DNA of 64,000 bases from Hemiscyllium ocellatum (taxonomy: Eukaryota), in NCBI RefSeq assembly GCF_020745735.1, contig NC_083407.1, positions 89,147,857 through 89,211,856 of the forward strand, read 5' to 3'. Positions 50,336 to 60,934 of the stretch are shown one piece after another. The translations under genes and the position numbers were made by a program. Every line of letters begins with the position of its first letter. Positions within the stretch are counted from its first letter, which is position 1. The notes under the pieces are model-generated. The model ran no database searches and had not been told where the DNA came from. It was given only the letters and a program-made list of their open reading frames with translations.

Positions 50336-51379
50336 TGCCAGCGCACTTGAGAAACTGTGTCTCTCTACTGAACTAATTACCATTTGAGTCGTCCATAGAG
50401 GAAGTGCGAGCGAGCAAGGGGACCATCACCAGCACACAGGAATATTGAGAAGGACCAAAGTTTAAAATGTTACCTTGTGGGCTCGTCCATCTCAAGACAT
50501 TGACATTCCGGGTGGCAGCTGACACTGTCCGATTGTAACTATTCGTTTGGATCCAGCCGACTTCGCCAATATTGTTGTCCCATTCCCCCCTCAGATGAAG
50601 CAAAATGTTCAGAGACACAGCGTAGTTTTACCTCTTTCATCTTTATTCCAGGCCTTGGAGGGAGAGAAAATAACCGTCCATTTGCATAAAGACATAGGAT
50701 TGCATTCTTCTCTAGAACAACAGTTTCTCAATGAACTATATAGTCATTTTACAGGGAGGAACATCCACATAAGGCAATACACATTAACTGGGTGATGGTT
50801 GCAATCAGCGAGCATCAACAGTAAAGATTAAGCCATCTGCTGTTACACAATGAATGTTCTTCACTCTGTTAACTGTCTTCACATAATGAATACTTTTCAC
50901 CTTGTTAACTGACGTTGCATACTGAATGCTTCCAATATTGTTAAATGGCTCTACATTGTGAATGCTTTTCCACCTTGTTAACCCATAACCCCTGTCTCCT
51001 GAACCCCATTGTTAACTGTATGTTCTTATCTGATCTGATTCATTCTCAGCTGAACCTCTTGTTTCACAAAACTCAATTCTTTCCCTGCTTGCTTATACCC
51101 TATACGCATTCTCACTTAGATCCCTTTTACGTCTTTCCACTCTCACCCTAAACGTATGCCCTTTAGTTCTAGACTCCCCCATCCCAGGGAAAAGACTTTG
51201 TCTATTTATCCTGTCCATGCCCCTAATGATTTTATAAACCTCTATAAGCCACCCCTTAGCCTCTGACAGTCCAGAGAAGACAGCCCCAATGTATTCAGCT
51301 TCTCTCTATAGCTCAAATCCTCAACCCTGGCAACATCCTTGTAAATCTTTTCTGAACCCTTTCAAGTTTCACAACACCC

Positions 51380-51690
51380 TGGCACAGTGGTTAGCACTGC
51401 TGCCTCACAGCGCCAGAGACCCGGGTTCAATTCCCACCTCAGGCGACTGACTGTGCGGAGTTTGCACATTCTCCCCGTGTCTGCGTGGCTTTCCTTCGGG
51501 TGCTCCGGTTTCCTCCCACAGTCCAAAGATGTACAGGTCAGGTGAATTGGCCATGCTAAATTGCCCATAGTGTAATGTAAAAGGGGTAAATGTAGGGGAA
51601 TGGGTGAGTTGCACTTCGATGGGTCGGTATGGACTTGTTGGGCCGAAGGGCCTGTTTCCACACTGTAAGTAATCTAATCTAATCTAATCT
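51380..51690 (+). mobile_element. HE1/V-SINE nested in CR1
   Basis: tggcacagtggttagcactgctgcctcacagcgcc...gggttcaattccc head, V-domain, (aatct)n tail. Confidence 0.92.
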
Positions 51691-52269
51691 ACTAAAAAAA
51701 TCTTCTGATAGAAAGGAGAGCAGAATTGCACACAATATTCCAAAAGTGGCAAAACCAATATCCTGTACAGCTGCGACATGACCTGCTAACTCCTGTACTC
51801 AATACTCTGACCAATAAAGGAAAGCATACTAAATGCCTTTTTCATTATCCTATCTGCCTGCGACTCTACTTTCAAGGAACTATGAACCTGCACTCCAAGG
51901 TCTCTTTGTTGTGCAACACTCCCCATTAAGTGTATAAGTCCTGTCCTGATTAGCTTTTCCAAAATGCAGCATCTCACATTTATCTAAATTAAACTCCATC
52001 TGCCCCTCGTCAGCCCATTGGCCCATCTGATCAAGTTCCCATTGTCCTCTGCGGTAACTTGCTTCACTGTCCTCTACACCTCCAATTTTGGTATCACCTG
52101 CAAACTACTAACCATACTTCCTTGGTCACATCCAAATCATTTATATAAATGATGAAAAACAGTGGACCCAGCACCAATCCTTGTGGAACACCACTGGTCA
52201 CAGGCCTCAAGTCTGAAAAGTCTCTGGATTAATAGTCTAGCAATAGTTTAGCATTACCTCCCACTCTGG

Positions 52270-53505
52270 ATCAGCAGACACAATATTGGTCTCGTTACTT
52301 AGGAAATGATAGAATTTCTTCAGAAGCAGTTCAGAGATGGTTCATGTATCTGATTCCTGGGATAATGGGTCAATACTCTTATGAGGAAAGGTTGGATAGG
52401 TTGCACCTATATTCATTGCTGTTTAGAAGAGCAAAGATGATATTGTCCAACCATAACTCCTGAGGAGATTTGATGGGGTGAATGTTAAGTGTATGTTTCC
52501 CCTTGTAGGTGCGACTCCAATGAAGAAGCACAGTTTAAAAATAAAGGGGCTTCCACTGAAGACATAGTTGAAGATTTGGTTTTCTTTCAGAGGTCAATAA
52601 TCTGTGGAATTCTCTTCCTTAGGGAGCACAGGAGGCAGAATCATTGAATACTTTTAATGCTCAGTTTACGAGATTCTTGACTGACAAAGGAGTCAAAGCG
52701 TAGATGGGAAGGTAGGCACCGTTCAGTTATAATCTTATCAAATAATGAAGCAAGCTCAAGGGCCAAATCTTCCTCATCCTAATTGATCCGTTCAAAGTTT
52801 GTCGTGTAATGTACCAAAAGTCATAGATGATATGTAGCTGTAAGTGGAAATTTCTGCTGAGAAGGACAAAATAGATGCCCAAGCAATACAGGCAGGTTAA
52901 TGGAATATGTACAAGGTGGCAGATGCAGTTTAATGTGGAGAGGTGTGACGTAATTCACTTTGGTGGTAAGAATAGAAAAGCAGAATAATGTTAAAAAATG
53001 TCAACCTTCTAAATTTTGATGTTCAAAGAGACTGGTGTGTTCTTGGAAAAGCAACATAGAAAGTTAACGTGCACGAGCAGAAATGATTTGGAAGGCAAAT
53101 GGCACATTGACCTTTATTGCAAGAAGGTTGGAAATACAGGAATCAGGAAGTCTTGTTACAACGAGATGGGCAATTTGTAAGAAATACCTGAAATATTGTA
53201 TGCTGTTTTGGTCTCCATATCTAGGGAATGATATACTCCAATGGAAGTGGTACAGTGAAGATTCATTGACTTGGTTGCTAGGATGAAGGAGTTGCACTAT
53301 GATGACAAGCTGAGTAAAGTGGGTCTCAATTCTCTGGACTTTAGAAGAATGGGAGATTATCATTGAACTATTGTAGAATCCCTACGGTGCGGAAACAGGC
53401 CATCCAGCCCACCAAATCCACACCGACCCTCGGAAGAGCACCCCACTCAGATTGACTCCCCCACCCCATCCCTGCAAACCTACACCCCCTACCCCCATAG
53501 GTAAT
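52270..53505 (+). mobile_element. Older CR1 3' fragments
   Basis: KANGTLTFIARRLE...LKYCMLFWSPYL and related 3' UTR pieces. Confidence 0.7.
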
Positions 53506-53509
53506 CCAT

Positions 53510-55325
53510 CCGTATGCATCCAAGACTTCAGCTAATGCAGTGCATAAATACAAACCAATTAGAGAAGGAGGGTTTGGCAGTCATATCTGGAGTCAGTCAC
53601 CAATCCCTTTACAAAATATTTGAAACAATAACAGAAAACAAAACCCTGCACCTCTACTTAATGAGGATAAGGCAGTACCAACCATAGCTTCAGGCCAATT
53701 TCAGCAATGGGCTCTAATACTAAGTGCTTATAATTACAAGTTTAAGAGCAAGGTTTAAGAGGCCACTTAACAAATTTGGATGCACTGAGCCACCTCTCAA
53801 TGACAGATACAAAACACATGGTGCCACCACTGGAAGAGTCCATAATGGTTTTAAATTTTCTGGACACACTAACAGTCACAGCTGACAATGTCAGACTTTG
53901 GACACAGAAAGATCTGCTCCTGATTAAATTGAAATAGCTGGCGGTGATGGGGAAACCAAAGGGCCATCACAAACAGAAGTGATACCTTTTTGGGCCCTGA
54001 GAAACCTGATCACTGCAGAGGAGAGCATATTATTGTGGGGAGCAAGAGTGATTGTCCTGAGTACAGGTCACCATGAGATACTGGCTGAATACCATCCTGG
54101 TCATCCAGGGGTTTCCAAAATAAAGATGTTGGCGAGAAGTTATGTCAGGTGCCAAGATTTGGATACAGACATAGCTGCACTGGTGGGGCGGTGCCCAGAG
54201 TGCCACAAGGGCAAAGTTACAACCAGCAGCTCTCCCACATTCGTGGAAATGGTACGGTAAACCCTGGACTCAGTTACACATTGACTGTGAAGGCCCTTTC
54301 GTGGGCTCAATGTTCTTAGTCATTGTGGAGGACCACTCAAAATAGCTGGGTGTGCATAAAGTTCATACATAAAACACGGTGACGACAATAGAAATAATGC
54401 ACGCATCTTTTTCAATACGTGGACTACTGGAACTGAGATCACAGATAATGGGACATCATTCACCTGCAGGGAATCTGAGTTATCCTAAAGTCGAATTGGA
54501 TTTGTCATATAAGGATATTCGATGGTTCGATGGTCTGGAAGAAAGTGTAGTCCAAACTTTGAAGGTAGGCTTAAAGAACCAGCCTACTGCTTCATTAGGT
54601 ACAAAGCTGTTTCAGGTCCTATTTGATTACCCCTCAAATAAATATTAGGATAGCTCTAGCAGAGTAACTCATGTGGAAAAGACACTGCAACAGGTTAAGT
54701 CTGGTCTTCCTGAACCTGGGGGTGAGGATGAAACAGCATCAGGAAACATCAATGTTGGGTACTCCAGGGGAAAAAGGTTGGTGTAGGAGCCACAAGAATG
54801 GCCCTGCATAGGTAAGAGCATGGTCAATGCAAGGTCAGGAACAGTGACGTAAAACGTTCGGGTCAGTATGAAGGTCCTGAACAAGCACCTGGACCACATG
54901 AAAGCTGCAAACTTGGAAAGTGTGCGGAACCAAAACATGACCGGCTCCTCTACAAACTTTCCAATTGTTCTGAAACCTGTGGGTTTTCCCTCTCCATCTG
55001 GTGTTGAAGACACCTCAGAATCTGAGATGAACACAGTGGATATTACCACCTCAGCACCTTTGCTGTCTGAAGATGAGAATGAATTTCTTCTGAGATGCTC
55101 CAGGTGCAAGAAGTGAGCTACAGTGCATTACAGGGTGTATGTATCACAGGCAGGGTGGGAGGAAGCTGACCTGGTGCTAAAATGTCTCTGGAGAAACTAC
55201 GAAGAAAGAACCAGCTGTATTCTCAGACTCGGAAGTAGTGATCTTAATAAGGTCAACCACGTAGCCATCATCGAATGTGAGTTCCCTGATTGGGGCTGCT
55301 AACCTGGTCCAATCAGAGAGCCCTG
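53510..55325 (+). mobile_element. Second copy of the decayed Gypsy (integrase region plus truncated LTR)
   Basis: HPGHPGVSKIKMLARSYVRC...GRCPECH; colinear with 40540-42277. Confidence 0.85.
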
Positions 55326-55640
55326 ACCACCAGCACTGGATGGGATTCAATGACAACATCAGATCATGTTGCACTTACCAATAGGTAAGTTATTCCCACT
55401 GGTTTATATTTTCTGATCAAACTGGGGTAATGATTCATGCACTCAACTGTTGGGCTTGTCTAAATCAGGTGTCAAAAAGATTTTTATTTTCACAAGATTA
55501 ATTTTAACTTACGTCAATGATGGTGACAGGTAGTGGATTGTCACACCCAGTTGGATTTACCAAGCCACTAAGTTGTGTTTCTGTCTCTGCCACAAGTTAG
55601 TAACTGCCCTTGTCACTTTGTGTAATTATACTTGTTTTTT
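55322..55640 (+). pseudogene. cryg: Inverted gamma-crystallin relic: 3' end of exon 2 plus about 255 bp of intron 2
   Basis: 55322-55384 translates [20 protein letters not shown] followed by GTAAGT. The downstream sequence aligns with the reverse complement of intron 2 of copies 4, 5 and 6 (tggtttatattttctgatcaaactg...gcactcaac...). Confidence 0.88.
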
Positions 55641-56152
55641 GGTACATATGTGCTCAATTCTGGTCTCCCTCCTAACAGAAGGATGTTGTGAAACTTGTAA
55701 GGGTTCAGAAAAGTTTTAAAAGGATGTTGCCAGGGTTGGAGGGTTTGAGCAATAGGGAGAGGCTGAATAGGCTGGGGTCTGTTTTCTTAGAGCGTCGGAG
55801 GCTGAGGGGGGACCTTATAGAGGTTTATAAAATTAATAGAGGAATAGATAGGATAAACAGTCAAGGTCTTTTCCCCAGGAGAGTGGAGTCCAAAACTAGA
55901 GGAAATTGGGTTAAGGTGAGAGGGGAAGATCACAAAAGTACCTAAGGCCAACCTTTTCACACATAGGGTGCCAGAGGAGGTTGTGGAGACTGATGAAACA
56001 TTTAACAGGCATCTGGACGGGTATATGAATATGAAGAGTTTATAGGGATATTGGCCAAATGCTGGCCAATGGCACTAAATTAATGCACAATATCTGATTG
56101 GCAAGGACGAGTTGGGCCAAAGGGTTCGTGCTATACATCTCTCTGACTCTAT
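55640..56152 (+). mobile_element. CR1 3' end
   Basis: KLVRVQKSFKRMLPGLEGLSNRERLNRLG...RLRGDLIEVYK. Confidence 0.88.
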
Positions 56153-56159
56153 TAGTCTA

Positions 56160-58315
56160 ATAGTGAAGTGAAGAAACAGCAATCATCCTCTAAGGTGCTG
56201 GCACACAATGATACCATATGAGTTCTGGTAAGGACATGCGATGCCTCCCTGCACAGCATCAGGGTAGCATAATGCTCAATCACATATGCATTTTGGCTAT
56301 TGCCGAGCGGATATATGCCCAGACAGAGGAGGAAGTTTTGGTGATCACATTTGGAGTCAGGAAGTTCCGCCAATATCTTCACAGATGTAAATTTGTAATA
56401 ATAACCAACAAGAAGCCCATGCTAGATCTACTTAAAGAGGACAAGGCAGTGCTGCCAATAGCTTCAGGCCAAATTCACTGGTAAGCTCTATTACTAACTG
56501 CCAGTAATTACAAGTTGGAGTACCACTGGGAGGCAAAGTAGCTGCCTCCCACTGGCAGATACACCCCTGGTGCTACTGCCACTGGAAGAGTCTGTGATGG
56601 CTTTAAATTTTCTGTACACGTTTCCAATCACAGCTGACAATATCAGACTTTAGACACTGAAAGATCCTTTGCTGACAAATCTGAAATAGTTGGCGATGAT
56701 GGGGGAAACCAAAGGGCAGTCACAATTAGAATTGATATCTTTTTGAATCCTTGAAGACCAGATCACAGTAGAGAACAGTATGTTATTGTGGGGGGACAAC
56801 AGTGATTGTCCCAAGCAACTGTCGCATTGAGATTCTGGCTGAATACCACCAGAGTCATCTAGAAGTTTCCAAACTGAAGTTGCTGGCAAGAAATTATATC
56901 TAGTGGCCAGGATTGGATGCAGACTTTGCTGCATTGGTAGGGTAGTGCCCAAAGTGCCACTAAGGACAAGAAATTACGGCTAACACTCTTCCACATTCAT
57001 GGGAACGGCCAGGTAAATCATAGACTCGAATACAGATCAACTATGCAAGTCCTTTCACAGACTCAATGTTCTTAATCATTGTGGATGGCCACTCAGAATG
57101 GCTGAACATGCATAGAATGCATAACTGCATACATCTTTTGCAATAAACAAACTCTTGGAATTGTGGTCACAGATAATGAGCCATCGTTTACCAGCAGAGA
57201 ATTTAAAGTATTTTATAGAGTCAAATGATATTTGTCATGTAAGGGCAGCTCCACACCATCCACCATGCAATGGTATGGCAGAAAGAGCAGTCCAAACTTT
57301 GAGGGCTGCCTTGAAGAAGCAGCCTACAGCTTCACTCAATACCAAATTGTCCCAGTTCCTATTTGATTATTGGGGCACCCCACTTGCAGCTACAGGGATA
57401 GCTCCAGCAGAGTTGCTAATGGGGAAAAGGCACTGCATCAGGTTAAATCTGATCTCCCTGGGTATGTGAGAGAGAGTGAAACTGTACCAGGAGCACCAAC
57501 GCTGACACAAGACTCCTCTTAGCCAGAGAGACAGTTTAGTTCAAGGTGACAAAGTTTGATGTAGGAACCACAGGAATTGCCTTGTATGGGTGAGAGACAA
57601 GGTTGATGCGAGGTCAGGTCCATTGATATATGACGTTCGGGTCAGTGCAATGGCCCTAAACAAACATGTGGACCACATGAAAGCTGCAAACTCACAAATG
57701 GTGTGGGAGCGCAACATGCGGGCTCCTCAAAGATCTTTCCGATTCTTCTGGAACTCATGGTATAACAAGTGTAGAAGATATTTCAGAATCTAAAATGGAC
57801 ATGATAGATATCATGGCCTTGATACCTTTGTCACCTGAAGACGTGAATGAATTTCTTCCAGGATGTTGCAGGATGTTTCAGGGACAAGAGGCATGGCACT
57901 GTGCATTACAGGCCACAAATATCCAAGGCAGAGCTGGGGGAACCTGACCCGGGGCCAAAATATCCCGGGATCTGCAACAAAAAAGAGAACTAGCCTTTGT
58001 CCTTGGAGTAAGAGGGGAGGGATATAGTGACTGTAATGGGACTGGCCAGGTAAACCCTAGGTCGACTATGCAAGTCCTTTTCCTGGACTCAATCTTGGTC
58101 AGCCAGGTGGCTGCCATTGAATATGAGTTCCCTGATTGAGGCTGCTAATCTGATCCAATCAGGGAGCCCTGGCTGACAGATATAAACAGGATTGTCAGAG
58201 GTTCTGTTGACTCTGAGAGGTGGCTCTGAGGGAGCTGGATCTGTATTAAAGGTTGTCCACATATAAATAAAGGGAGATTTGGCAACAGGATACTACGCTC
58301 TGTGAAGTTATTACA
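56160..58315 (+). mobile_element. Third copy of the decayed Gypsy (RNase H, integrase, PPT, LTR about 58023-58315)
   Basis: YAQTEEEVLVITFGVRKFRQYLHRCKFVIITNKKP, RAAPHHPPCNGMAERAVQTLRAALKK; PPT agaggggaggga; LTR ends TTACA. Confidence 0.88.
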
Positions 58316-58741
58316 TTTAGAGCAGAAACATTGGAAGCTGTAGGATCCCATAAGCTGCAAAATGCCTCAAACCTCAAGAAAGTTGAAAGTAATCATTACT
58401 GAGGCAGGTGCAGCTTTGGCATTGTGCCTTTGCTGTCTCACTGACTGCATACATTTCAAAAAACATCAACAGCGGGTGTAATGGTGGCCCGTGCAATGCG
58501 TTTCCTTCCTGACCATTGCATTTTCTCCTTTACTATTTACTTACTTTAAAGATGATCATGTCACCAAGATCACCGTGATGAAGTGTTCTCCATGAAACCA
58601 CCAGATACCAGCATGCTTTTGAACTATTTTAATGAAGACCCAATAATGAGTGAATTAAACAAGAGTGCAGTGTCATGAAGAGATGTTTTATTATTTTGAC
58701 AATTAATTTAACAAAATATGGTAATGCATTACAGTTGCAGA

Positions 58742-60068
58742 CTAAAAGTCCCTCATTCGCCTGAAAGATCCAATAGTTGAACAGGTTGCTCCCCAGTCAC
58801 TGTATCTCCTGTATTCACTGGGCCTCATGAAGTACTGGCGCCCACTGTAATTGGGATGTTCATAGAAGATCCAGTAACCATCCATCACATGGCAGGAGTG
58901 GATGTCACGGTAACGGAAACGATCGTAGACAGATGGACAGTCATCCATGAATTCCATCATCTGTCCTCCAAAGTCAGGCCTCTCATAAACCCTCATTCTG
59001 TAGGAGCCTCCTCGGTACTGGAATAGAGAGACATGAAAGATTTGTGATGCAGCTACAAAAATATCTACAATCAATAAATGAGGGACTGATGATATTTCAT
59101 GCTTACAGACAGAAGTATACTGTTATCAGTAGAAATCTTAATGTATTTCTGGTTTCTTTTGTAAAGAAACTATTTGTCCAAGTGGGGCCAGCATTCCCTT
59201 TTCTGTCATCTTTTCTGTCATTTACAGTAAGATGAATGGGATGAATGAAAACGTGCCCATTACCAGGTTTATTGTGCTATATTTAAACCAATTTGGCCTT
59301 GGTACTTTCTGCAATGTCAATATCAATATGCCAATTAGACTTTCAGTTCTGAGTATCTGATGTGTTATGAGTAAATGTTTCAATTGGATCCCAGCACCAA
59401 GTTGTAGTTAAATGATGCAGAACTAACTTCCCAGTTTGCACAACTATTGACTGAAGGATTACCCATACAACAAGTGCGGTTACAATTTGACAAAGGTAGT
59501 TACTAATTTTTGACAACAACAGAAACACAATTTAGTGGATTGCTAAATCAAACGGGTCTGTAACTGTTCATTACCTGTGACCGTTGAAGAAAAATAAAAT
59601 CAACCCTGTGAAATGAAGATCGCATTTACACCTTACTTAGACAAATATGGAGTGCGTTAATCATTATCTCAGTGTCAGTTTGATCAGAAAATACACACCA
59701 TCAGAAATAACTTACATATGGGTAAGTGCGACATGACCAGATATTGTCATTGAATCCCATCCAGCGCTGGTAGTCAGAATACTCTCCCCTGGTCAGAACA
59801 TACTGGTATCCCATGTAATTGGGTCTCTCATAGAGCACCCACCAGTCACTCTCAACACGGATGGAGTTACAGCGGCTGAAGTAAGGGGACAGGTCGGCAC
59901 AGTCACTGCTGCACTCATAGTGCCGTCCCTGGAAGTTCCTGTCCTCGTAAAAGATGATCTGTGAGGGAAGAAACAGGTTTGTAAATTCATAATTTCTCAC
60001 ATTTAGCCATTCCTAATGGAAACTTTTAATACAATATGTGAACCCCTAATAATTCTTGCCTTTCCCAT
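58742..60068 (-). CDS. cryg: Gamma-crystallin gene 6, join(60060..60068, 59716..59958, 58742..59017), 175 aa; GC-AG intron 1
   Basis: ATG GGA AAG|GCAAGA; exon 2 ...[24 protein letters not shown]|GTAAGT; exon 3 open ([17 protein letters not shown]); TATA at 60124-60131; AATAAA at 58687-58692. Confidence 0.93.
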
Positions 60069-60123
60069 TTTGAATTCGCAATTGGCTTCGTAACCAAATG
60101 TGTTACTGTTTGACAGAGCTTGG

Positions 60124-60328
60124 TATTTATACGCTGGGCTGAAATGCCCACTGTGCATTTTCTTTTGTTATTCAAATAACTATAATGATTTGACAGCGCC
60201 ACAAAAAAAACTGCATCACACATGACTTATACAGTAAATGCAAAGAAAACATTGAAAGGCCACTTCGTGTATTGTTGATAGTGTTTTGCTTCCATTTCAT
60301 TTTAATTGTTGTGTGAAAGAAGATAACA
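60124..60328 (-). promoter_or_regulatory. Promoter of gene 6
   Basis: TATAAATA at 60124-60131; cttttgtt about 60162-60169; distal block at 60285-60328. Confidence 0.65.
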
Positions 60329-60690
60329 GTACATTGCAGCCTATTATGTTCCCTATGCAATGCTTTCACTGGAATTTGCAGTGTCATTCAAAAGGATGTG
60401 GTTCCCATAGTTCAATGTAGTTGCCCAAAAAAAAGTCAGCTCCTAAACTGATTAACACCTAGATATGCATGTAAGGAGGAAGTTGCTTAAATTATGACTC
60501 CAAAAGTAAGTTTGTACTGATGTATTACTGTTCTGTGTATTAATTCTAAATTATTCATCCAAGTTCAGAGATCTTTCACTCATCACATTTATTTGCGAAC
60601 AATGCTATTTATAGCTCTGATGATGTATTAAGTTGTGTTATTGTGCACTTTTGGTTCCATGAACTAAAATGCACATCCTTTTTTTCCCCT

Positions 60691-60881
60691 GTAGGTCAGA
60701 CAGCATCCATGGAACAGGAGATTCGACGTTTCGGGCATAAGCCCTCCTTCAGGATTCCTGAAGAAGGGCTTATGCCCAAAACGTCGAATCTCCTGTTCCT
60801 TGGATGCTGCCTGACCTGCTGCGCTTTTCCAGCAACATATTTTGAGCTCTGATCTCCAGCATCTGCAGTCCTCACTTTCTC
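60691..60881. mobile_element. Penelope-like terminal repeat forming a 125-bp palindrome (60693-60817)
   Basis: 62-bp arms around t60755 with 4 mismatches; flanked by catcctttttt..ccc direct repeats. Confidence 0.85.
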
Positions 60882-60934
60882 CATCCTTTTTTCCCTACTA
60901 TTTTTCCCGTCTAAATGACACATTAACTAATATG

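Larger units (their letters stand above)
46186..51114 (-). mobile_element. Two-LTR, apparently non-autonomous ERV-like element: 5' LTR 50573-51114, PBS(Ser) 50551-50568, PPT 46727-46738, 3' LTR 46186-46726
   Basis: About 540-bp direct repeats with TG...CA ends; TSD ctta at 46182-46185 and 51115-51118; PBS TGGCGAAGTCGGCTGGAT (two mismatches to the tRNA-Ser complement TGGCGTAGTCGGCAGGAT as recalled); PPT AAAAGGAGGGAA abutting TG. Confidence 0.88.
45940..52220 (-). mobile_element. CR1 fragment (45940-46185 and 51115-52220) that is the target of the LTR element and a SINE
   Basis: The two parts rejoin at ...ttgttc[ctta]gatcccttt... and are colinear with CR1 30446-31460. Confidence 0.85.

Noticed and set aside
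51380-51440. tRNA gene
   Set aside because: tRNA-derived head of an HE1/V-SINE, continuous with the V-domain and (aatct)n tail.
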